Below, in pieces: positions 9,882 to 16,971 of a stretch of 64,000 nucleotides of DNA. The stretch is from an uncultured Verrucomicrobiota bacterium. GTDB taxonomy: Bacteria; Verrucomicrobiota; Kiritimatiellia; CAIKKV01; CAYSLU01. The notes beneath the pieces were generated by a model. It was not told where the DNA came from. It was given only the letters and a program-made list of their open reading frames with translations, and searched no databases. Numbering within the stretch: position 1 is the stretch's first letter; the number at the start of each line of letters is the position of its first letter. The DNA lies in the NCBI GenBank assembly GCA_964431965.1, contig CAYSLU010000014.1, positions 3,700 to 67,699 on the forward strand, written 5' to 3'. The position numbers were made by a program, and so were the translations under genes.

Positions 9882-10841
9882 ATGGACATCGAGACCACAT
9901 GCTCGAAGTGCGGAGCGGCGCTGAAGCTGCGGGCCGCAGTTGTCGGCCGGACGATCCAGTGTCCGCGCTGCGGCGCAAAGACGGAAGTGGCCCGGCGAGC
10001 CAAACCCGCGCTGTCCGCGACCGCGGCGTCGCCAGACCAGACGTCCGCGCTGCCCCCGGTAGAGGCGGACGTCGTCGATGAGCCCGCAGAGAGCCCGGCG
10101 CCGAGCGCCCCCCCCCAGCCTGATGCTGACGCGGAGCAGCTGCGCGGGCTACAGGATCAGGTCCGGCGGATGGAGGCGGATCTGGAGGTGGCCCGTTTGC
10201 GCACCGAGGAATCCGATCGGGCCCGCCAGCAGGCGCTCGACAGCCGTTCGCTCGACCTGCAGGCCGCCCAGCAGGAAGCGGTTCAGCATCAGGCGACCGA
10301 GCTCCAGACGGCGAAGCAGTGCATTGCCGAGCTCCAAGCGCGGCTTGCAGCCGAGTACCAGAAGCGCATCAGTTCCTCCGCCGGGCGCTCCGCGGCGGAG
10401 ATCGAGCGGGAGGTGCTCCAAGCCGGCGGCGGAGCGATGCCGGTGGTGGAGGACGAAGTGGCGGATCCGGACGCGCTGATCGCCGATATCAAGCGCTCGT
10501 CCTTCGGGCGCGACCTGCGCTCCTCGGTTCTGATCCACGCGGTCCTGATCGCTATCACATCGGTCGGCCTGCTGATTGCCTGGGTGCGCGGAGCGCCACC
10601 GCCCACCAGTGAGCCGGACAAGTCTGGCCAGCCAGCGGCCACGAATGCCGTCCCGGCGTCTCGCGGCGCGGCCTCGGACTCGACCAATCCGGCAGCCGCC
10701 CGTCCGGCCGTTGCGCCGGCGGCGCGCTCCGCATCGGCGGAAGGGAGCGGCACGAGCTCGCTCGAGCAGGCTGTCCAGTCGCTTCCGTCCAAGAGTGAAC
10801 TGCCCAAGGAATCCAGCGTCAGTCTCGACGGCGATCTCTGA
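9882..10841 (+). CDS. Zinc-ribbon, coiled-coil, single-TM protein with an Ala/Pro-rich tail (TonB/TolA/GltJ-like topology)
   Basis: N-terminal CxxC-x17-CxxC (CSKCGAALKLRAAVVGRTIQCPRCGAK). A Gln/Ala/Arg-rich heptad-like stretch follows. One TM helix (SVLIHAVLIAITSVGLLIAWV) precedes an ~85-aa Ala/Pro/Ser-rich tail. ATG at 9882 follows AAGGAAGGAAAG; the alternative GTG at 9876 overlaps the exbD stop. Confidence 0.6.
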   Translation: MDIETTCSKCGAALKLRAAVVGRTIQCPRCGAKTEVARRAKPALSATAASPDQTSALPPVEADVVDEPAESPAPSAPPQPDADAEQLRGLQDQVRRMEADLEVARLRTEESDRARQQALDSRSLDLQAAQQEAVQHQATELQTAKQCIAELQARLAAEYQKRISSSAGRSAAEIEREVLQAGGGAMPVVEDEVADPDALIADIKRSSFGRDLRSSVLIHAVLIAITSVGLLIAWVRGAPPPTSEPDKSGQPAATNAVPASRGAASDSTNPAAARPAVAPAARSASAEGSGTSSLEQAVQSLPSKSELPKESSVSLDGDL

Positions 10842-10864
10842 GCATCCGTCGCTTCTTCCGACCC

Positions 10865-12658
10865 ATGAGGAATCGCTTCCAGAGGCTGACTCGCATGCCC
10901 GTCATCGGGATGTTGCTGTCGGCACCCGCCCGGTTGGACGGGTGGGTGGCCCGTCAGTCGGGGCGGCTGTGGCGGCGCGTCGAGCCCGCGTGGCGGTACG
11001 CGATCGATCGGGCCTATCCGAGGGTTTTGGCCGCCGTGAATGGGGCGGCGGCGTGGTCGGCGCGCCAAGCGCAGCCCGCTTTGAGGGTGGCCGTCCGGGC
11101 GGTCCGGCGGGTGCCATGGTCGTCCGACTTCGCCGTGCTGTCCGGCGCGGCCGCACTGTTCGCCCTGCTGCTGTGGACCCGGGGGCAGATCGGACTCTTG
11201 TCCATGCTGGGGCTGGACGAGGCGCAGCTGGCCGTCGTGCGGAAGCACGGCTTGGCGGGATACCTGACCGTCGCCATGAGGCTGGCGCTGGTTGTAGCGG
11301 CGCTGAATGCAGTGGCCGTGGCGGCCACGCCGTTCCGGAACCGGGTGTGCTTCTGGCTGATCAAGGCCGGTGCCGCGGGCTATGCGGTGCTGGTTCTTCA
11401 GGTGCTCAACGCGGCCTGGTGTCTGCCGTCGGCGCTCAATGCGGTCGACTCCGAGTTCATGCCATCAGAGGTGCGGAATGAACTGTGGGTGCATGGAACG
11501 ATCGTGTTGCTTCCGTTCCTGATTCACGCCGCCGGGCTCCTGTTTCTGCTCGTTCTGCGCTCGGCCTCGGCTTCGTACGGGTATCCCGGCCACGCGCCCC
11601 GCTGGGGCGACCGGGTCGTGGAGAGCGTCCGGACCCACGGCCGCGATCCCGTCTTCCGGAAGTCCGTCTACAAGTCTGCCGCCGTCCACCTGTTCTTCAT
11701 CATCGTGCTGCCCCTGATGCTGTTCTGGTGGGGGTGCAGCCGCATGTCGCCCTACGCGGTGCCGAAGGGCAGCGGGCAGCAGGTTTTGCAGGCGATCAAG
11801 ATCAAGAAGATCAAGAAGCCGAAGCTGGAGAAGAAGTTCGTCGTCAACATGAACACGGCGATTTCATTCTACATCCCGAAGATTGACGAAAGCGAAGTGC
11901 TGGAGGATGTGGACAAGGCCACGGAGGCCACCTACGAGGCCCAACAGACGGAAGGCGGCAAGCTGGGCGCGGGCGGGGGCAAGGAGGGGGGGTGGCCCAA
12001 CGGCATGGACAAGGCGCGGGTGCGGTTCATCCGCCTCGAGTACGCCGGCGGCGATTGGGATCAGGACATGGGCATCGGAGCCGACTACAACATGCTGGTG
12101 CAGTTCCACAAACTCACCGGGTTCAACATCGCGGCCAACACGGAGTCGATCCGCGTCCAGGATCTGCTGCGTTTCCCGAAGAACCGGGCGCCCCCGTTCG
12201 TCTACATGACCGGCGGCCTCAAGGGCAATATCACGATGAGCCAGTCGGAGATCAAGGCGATGCGGAAGTACTGCCTCGACCTCGGCGGGATGGTGTTCGC
12301 GGACAACGGGGGCGGGAACTTCGACGGCAGCTTCCGGGCCTTGATGCGCCGCGTATTCCCGGACCTGCCGGTCGTCGAAATCGCGTACGACGACACGGTC
12401 TTCCGCTACCCGTACCAGTTTCCGAATGGAGCCCCTCCCTTGTGGCATCACTCCGGAAACCGGGCCCTGGGTGTCAAGTACAAGGGGCGCTGGGTGGTCT
12501 TCTACCATCAAGGCGATGTGAACGATGCCTGGAAAGACGGTTACTCCGGTGCCTCGCCAGAGATCGCGATGCAGGCGTTCAAGCTGGGCGTGAACGTGAT
12601 CAACTACTCGTTCAACCAGTACATGAGCCTGAACTTCGGCGATGGCGTGCCGCGCTGA
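10865..12658 (+). CDS. Polytopic membrane protein with a C-terminal DUF4159-like domain
   Basis: The N-terminal ~270 aa contain several hydrophobic helices. The C-terminal ~230 aa (VRFIRLEYAGGDWDQDMGIGADYNMLVQF...PPFVYMTGG...MVFADNGGGNFDGSFR...WVVFYHQGDVNDAWKDG) match my recollection of the DUF4159 family. Confidence 0.75.
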   Translation: MRNRFQRLTRMPVIGMLLSAPARLDGWVARQSGRLWRRVEPAWRYAIDRAYPRVLAAVNGAAAWSARQAQPALRVAVRAVRRVPWSSDFAVLSGAAALFALLLWTRGQIGLLSMLGLDEAQLAVVRKHGLAGYLTVAMRLALVVAALNAVAVAATPFRNRVCFWLIKAGAAGYAVLVLQVLNAAWCLPSALNAVDSEFMPSEVRNELWVHGTIVLLPFLIHAAGLLFLLVLRSASASYGYPGHAPRWGDRVVESVRTHGRDPVFRKSVYKSAAVHLFFIIVLPLMLFWWGCSRMSPYAVPKGSGQQVLQAIKIKKIKKPKLEKKFVVNMNTAISFYIPKIDESEVLEDVDKATEATYEAQQTEGGKLGAGGGKEGGWPNGMDKARVRFIRLEYAGGDWDQDMGIGADYNMLVQFHKLTGFNIAANTESIRVQDLLRFPKNRAPPFVYMTGGLKGNITMSQSEIKAMRKYCLDLGGMVFADNGGGNFDGSFRALMRRVFPDLPVVEIAYDDTVFRYPYQFPNGAPPLWHHSGNRALGVKYKGRWVVFYHQGDVNDAWKDGYSGASPEIAMQAFKLGVNVINYSFNQYMSLNFGDGVPR

Positions 12659-12683
12659 TACGTCCGCAGGAGCTGCGCAACAC

Positions 12684-13715
12684 ATGAGTGGCAAGAGCCA
12701 ACTTCACTACTTCCACAGTTCGTTCGCCTTCTGCGTGGCCGCGGTCCTGGCCGGCTGGTTCATCGGTGGCTGGCGCGCCGTGGTGACTGTGGCGTTCCTG
12801 ACGCTGCTTGAGACCACGCTGTCCTTCGACAACGCCGTGGTGAACGCCGGCATCCTCAAGAACTGGGACGATGTGTGGCGGCGGCGATTCCTCACATGGG
12901 GCATCCTGATCGCCGTCTTCGGCATGCGGTTGATCTTCCCGCTCGTCATCGTCGGCGTGGCGGGCCGAATGAGCCCGTGGCATGCGCTTGATCTGGCCCT
13001 GAACGCGCCGGACGAATACGGCCGCATCCTGACATCGGCTCAGCATCAGATTGCGGCTTTCGGCGGGACCTTCCTGATGATGGTGTTCTTCAAGTTCTTC
13101 GTCGCCAGGCACAAAACGAACCACTGGCTGCAGGCCATCGAGAGGCCGCTGACCCGGCTCGGCAAGATGGAGGCCATCGAGGGGGCGCTGTCGTTGCTCG
13201 CGTTGCTGCTGATCTCGCAGGTGCTGGAGCCCGGGTTGAGGGCCGAGTTCGTGATCGCCGGGGTCTGGGGGGTCGTGACGTTCATCCTAGCCAAGGGACT
13301 GGCGGCTCTGCTGGGGGGCGAGCATGCGGATGCGGGCCATCAGGTCGTGCGCCAGGGCGTCGCGGGGTTCCTCTACATCGAGCTGATCGACGCCAGCTTC
13401 TCGTTCGACGGCGTGATCGGGGCCTTTGCGATGACCAATAACCTGCTGATCATCGCCCTGGGCCTCGGCGCGGGTGCCATGTACGTGCGCAGCTTCACCC
13501 TGATGCTGGTGGAGCGGGGAACCCTGTCGCGCTACCGCTACCTCGAGCACGGCGCCTTCTGGGCCATCGGGGCGTTGGCGGTCATCATGCTGGCCAGCGC
13601 GCGGTACCACGTTCCCGAGATCGTCACGGGCGTCCTGGGGGCTCTGCTGATCGCGCTCTCGCTGTGGAGCTCGATCGCGGCCAACCGCACGGACGACCGC
13701 TCGCCGAGTGCGTAG
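12684..13715 (+). CDS. DUF475 / TerC-like integral membrane protein
   Basis: Duplicated signature (LLETTLSFDNAVVNAGIL and IELIDASFSFDGVIGAFAMT) with multiple TM helices. ATG at 12684 is preferred because the track start at 12642 overlaps the upstream gene. Confidence 0.8.
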   Translation: MSGKSQLHYFHSSFAFCVAAVLAGWFIGGWRAVVTVAFLTLLETTLSFDNAVVNAGILKNWDDVWRRRFLTWGILIAVFGMRLIFPLVIVGVAGRMSPWHALDLALNAPDEYGRILTSAQHQIAAFGGTFLMMVFFKFFVARHKTNHWLQAIERPLTRLGKMEAIEGALSLLALLLISQVLEPGLRAEFVIAGVWGVVTFILAKGLAALLGGEHADAGHQVVRQGVAGFLYIELIDASFSFDGVIGAFAMTNNLLIIALGLGAGAMYVRSFTLMLVERGTLSRYRYLEHGAFWAIGALAVIMLASARYHVPEIVTGVLGALLIALSLWSSIAANRTDDRSPSA

Positions 13716-14005
13716 GCCGACTCTGTCCTCGATGCGCCCCGAAACTGATCGCGCCGGGGCCGAACATGATCCGGATCGGGGCAGGCGGACCGCCTTCGAA
13801 CGCCGTGCTTTAGCGCCTGAGTTCAGTCGTGCTTCGCTCTTGCCTTACCGCCCGACCTGTGAGAATCTCCTCCGCCATTATGCATTTCCCGTCAGGAAGT
13901 AAACGGATGATGCCCGTGCCGATGCGGTCCGACAGGTTCATCGCGGGTTGACGGTTGCTGATGTGAGCGACTGACGCGCGTCACCAAGTCAAGGAGGGTT
14001 CCAGC

Positions 14006-14278
14006 ATGGCAGCACTCGATTTCAAGGCGCCGGTGGCCAAGGAGCAGGAGGATGCGGCGGTAGTTGCCCATAACAGCCGCATGGGCGTCATTCTGTTCGT
14101 TGTCTACGTTGTCTTCTACGGCGGGTTCATGGCGCTTAGTGCGTTCGCTCCAAGCGCCATGAGTCAACCGTGTCTGGGTGGCGCCAATCTCGCGGTCGTG
14201 TATGGCTTTGCCCTGATCGTCGCCGCGCTGGTTCTGGCGCTGGTTTACATGAAAGTCTGCCGCAAGGCGTGCAAGTAG
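14006..14278 (+). CDS. yjcH: DUF485 small inner-membrane protein (YjcH-like)
   Basis: 90 aa with two TM helices. AAGGAGG lies 9 nt upstream. It sits directly upstream of actP, as in the E. coli yjcH-actP arrangement. Confidence 0.8.
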   Translation: MAALDFKAPVAKEQEDAAVVAHNSRMGVILFVVYVVFYGGFMALSAFAPSAMSQPCLGGANLAVVYGFALIVAALVLALVYMKVCRKACK

Positions 14279-14290
14279 GAGAGGGTTTCC

Positions 14291-16198
14291 ATGATCCACG
14301 ATACCTCGCTGATGGCCGTGCTGATCTTTCTGCTTTTTGCGGGTTCCGTCATCGGCATCAGCTTCTATCTGGGGCGCCGGGCGAAGTCCGCCTCGGGCTA
14401 CTTCGCTGCCGGAGGCGGCATCCACTGGGCCGTGAACGGGATCGCCTTCGCCGGCGACTACCTGTCGGCGGCGTCGTTTCTCGGCATCTGCGGGATGATC
14501 GCGTTCTACGGGTATGACGGCTTCCTCTACTCGATCGGGTACCTGGCCGGCTGGATTGTGGCGCTGTTCATCATTGCGGAGCCGCTCAAGCGGCTCGGGC
14601 GGTTCACCTTTGCCGACGCGCTCGACAACAAGTTCAACTCGCGCGGCATCAAGCTGGCTGCCGCCGTCAGCACGCTCGTCGTGAGCTGCTTCTATCTCAT
14701 CCCGCAGATGGTCGGAGCCGGCGCCCTCGTCCAACCGTTGCTGGGTTTTCCGCACTATGTCGGCGTCATCGTCGTCGGCTGTATCGTGACCCTGATTGTC
14801 ACAACGGCGGGCATGGTCTCGACTACCTGGGTCCAGTTCATCAAGGGCAGCCTGCTGGTCGTGCTCTGCGCGATCATCACGGTCATGCTCCTGTTTCGCG
14901 GCGTGACCACCCATCCTGTGGACTCGGCGGGCAATCCCCGGCATATCGCGGCCCGCAATGTCACTGAAATCCCTGGAACCGTTCTGCCTGAGGCCGGCGC
15001 GTGGGCCGGAAAGCCCTACGTCCGCGCGCAGGATGCGACGGGGGTTGTCACCGTCTGGCGCAAGGACGCAAACGGCACGTTTTCCGAGACGCAGACGCTG
15101 ACCGTTCAGAAGAATGGCCGGAAGCTCGCGAACGGAAGGCCTCGTGGGAAGAAGGACGGCGAAGCCGATCTTCATCCGGTTGGGTACGCATCCAAGCTGC
15201 CCGGCAACGTGGAGCAAACCGGACGCGTCAGCCCCTTTGGCTTCATCCGGACCATGCAGGAGAGCGAGGTGGTGCTGTGGGCCAACGAGAAGGTTGTGGA
15301 AGCTGACGGCTCCACCACGACCGTCTACTTCCAGAAGCCGACGTCCGGCAAGGATTTCATGGCGCCAGGCTCCAGCCCCACGTTCAAGAAGGTGCGGAGC
15401 GAGAAGTTCATGGACAAGCTCGACTTCCTGTCGCTGATGCTGGCCCTGTTCTGCGGCACGGCGTCGCTGCCCCACATCCTCATCCGCTACTACACCGTGA
15501 AGGACCAGATCAGCGCCCGGAAGAGCACGGTAGTCGGCATTGCGGTCATCGGGTTCTTTTACGTGTTGACGCTGTTCCTGGGGCTCGGAGCCATGACCAG
15601 CGGCGCACTGGACGTGACCGACTCCAATATGAGTGCGCCGTTGCTGGCCCGCAGCATCAGCGAATTGCTGTTCGCCGTGATCAGCGCGGTGGCGTTCACC
15701 ACGGTGCTCGGCACCGTGAGCGGGTTGATCATGGCCGCCAGCGGGGCCGTGGCCCACGATCTGATGTCCAATTTCTTCAAGATCCAGATGGACGAGTTCC
15801 AGAAGGTTCGCGCCGCCAAGATCGCCGCCATGTGTGTCGGCGTGGTGGCGATTGTGCTGGGCATCCTGTTCGCCAAGATGAACGTCAACTTTCTCGTCGG
15901 CTGGGCGTTCAATATCGCGGCCTCAGCCAACCTCCCGGCCTTGGTCATGCTGCTGTTCTGGAAGCGGACCACCAAGCAGGGAATCGCCGCGGCCATCACG
16001 GTGGGGATGCTCTCCTCCCTGGGCTGGATTCTGCTGAGCGCTCAGGCCTACAAGGACGTCTACGGCCTGGACCCGGCGAGGGCCATCGTGCCCTTTAGCC
16101 AGCCGGCGATCGTGACGGTCACGCTCGGGTTCATCGTGCTGGTGGTCGTCTCCCTGCTGACCCAGCCCAAGGGTGGGAAGCAGGCCGCCGCTAGCTGA
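14291..16198 (+). CDS. actP: Cation/acetate symporter (solute:sodium symporter family) with a long hydrophilic insertion
   Basis: SSS-family pattern throughout (YFAAGGGIHWAVNGIAFAGDYLSAASFLGICG, FYLIPQMVGAG, LPHILIRYYTV, GTVSGLIMAASGAVAHDL). Context with the DUF485 gene supports the call. Confidence 0.85.
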   Translation: MIHDTSLMAVLIFLLFAGSVIGISFYLGRRAKSASGYFAAGGGIHWAVNGIAFAGDYLSAASFLGICGMIAFYGYDGFLYSIGYLAGWIVALFIIAEPLKRLGRFTFADALDNKFNSRGIKLAAAVSTLVVSCFYLIPQMVGAGALVQPLLGFPHYVGVIVVGCIVTLIVTTAGMVSTTWVQFIKGSLLVVLCAIITVMLLFRGVTTHPVDSAGNPRHIAARNVTEIPGTVLPEAGAWAGKPYVRAQDATGVVTVWRKDANGTFSETQTLTVQKNGRKLANGRPRGKKDGEADLHPVGYASKLPGNVEQTGRVSPFGFIRTMQESEVVLWANEKVVEADGSTTTVYFQKPTSGKDFMAPGSSPTFKKVRSEKFMDKLDFLSLMLALFCGTASLPHILIRYYTVKDQISARKSTVVGIAVIGFFYVLTLFLGLGAMTSGALDVTDSNMSAPLLARSISELLFAVISAVAFTTVLGTVSGLIMAASGAVAHDLMSNFFKIQMDEFQKVRAAKIAAMCVGVVAIVLGILFAKMNVNFLVGWAFNIAASANLPALVMLLFWKRTTKQGIAAAITVGMLSSLGWILLSAQAYKDVYGLDPARAIVPFSQPAIVTVTLGFIVLVVVSLLTQPKGGKQAAAS

Positions 16199-16967
16199 GA
16201 CGGCAGGTGAGGAGTTTCCTCTCCTCCGTGTCCCACAGAACCAGCCTCCGGCGTAAAGATTCGAGATCGCCGTCCACGCAGGTGAAGCGCGTGGCTCCCA
16301 CGGCAGCCTCGTGGGCGCAATGGAAATGCCCGAACACCCACGCCTTCGGCCGGTAGAGCAGCCCGGCCCACAGAAGGGCCAGTTCCGTCTCCCCGCAGTC
16401 ATGCGGCGGGCCGGAATCAAACCCCGCCGCGTGGATGTGCTCGGCGACGCCGTGCGCCAAGTCCGGGGAGCTGCGCATGCCGATGCCGATGCGGGACGGG
16501 CACGAGTGCGTCACGATGAGGTCGGGGCGCTCGCGATTGAACAGGGCGACCGCCCGCTCGCGATCGCGCCGCCGGATGTAGTTTGGGAATCCGCCGAGCA
16601 GATTGTGGCGCTGGGGCCGGTCCACGTTCAGAGCCCCGCCCATGAATCCCACCGTGGAACCGCCCAGGCGGATAACCGAAGGCCGGGGCTGGTAGATCAG
16701 GTTACCGTCCTCCTGCCAGCGCTTGGCCGCCCCGCTGTGTAGGGACTGACGCAGCCAGCGATGATCCTCGTGGTTGCCGTCAATGGCATGGACGGGCACG
16801 GGGTACCGCACCTGCTCCGACCGGGCGCGCGCCATCACGTCCGGGAAGAAGCCGTAATCGCCGACCTGGATTCCGGCTCTGATCCCATAGTCGGTCTGGA
16901 TCTCGCGCAGGGCGGCCGCGAGTTCGCGGTGCCGGCCGTGAATATCCCCGATGATCAGGACACGCAT
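16191..16967 (-). CDS. Calcineurin-like metallophosphoesterase
   Basis: Motifs MRVLIIGDIHGRH, GDYGF, IDGNHEDH and VFGHFH. It begins 5 nt downstream of the DUF294 gene on the same strand. Confidence 0.8.
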   Translation of the reverse strand: MRVLIIGDIHGRHRELAAALREIQTDYGIRAGIQVGDYGFFPDVMARARSEQVRYPVPVHAIDGNHEDHRWLRQSLHSGAAKRWQEDGNLIYQPRPSVIRLGGSTVGFMGGALNVDRPQRHNLLGGFPNYIRRRDRERAVALFNRERPDLIVTHSCPSRIGIGMRSSPDLAHGVAEHIHAAGFDSGPPHDCGETELALLWAGLLYRPKAWVFGHFHCAHEAAVGATRFTCVDGDLESLRRRLVLWDTEERKLLTCRLS

Positions 16968-16971
16968 GGAT

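Noticed and set aside
8403-10841. Calling the cluster a standard TonB-ExbB-ExbD or Tol-Pal system with gene names tonB or tolA.
   Set aside because: The protein in the TonB/TolA position lacks a recognisable TonB C-terminal or TolA domain III and has inverted topology. No TolB, Pal, CpoB or TonB-dependent receptor genes are adjacent. I kept only the family-level names exbB and exbD.
13892-15757. A 621-aa minus-strand ORF opposite yjcH-actP.
   Set aside because: The plus-strand frame gives a textbook SSS transporter. The minus-strand product is highly charged, Arg/His/Asp/Gly-rich and not protein-like.
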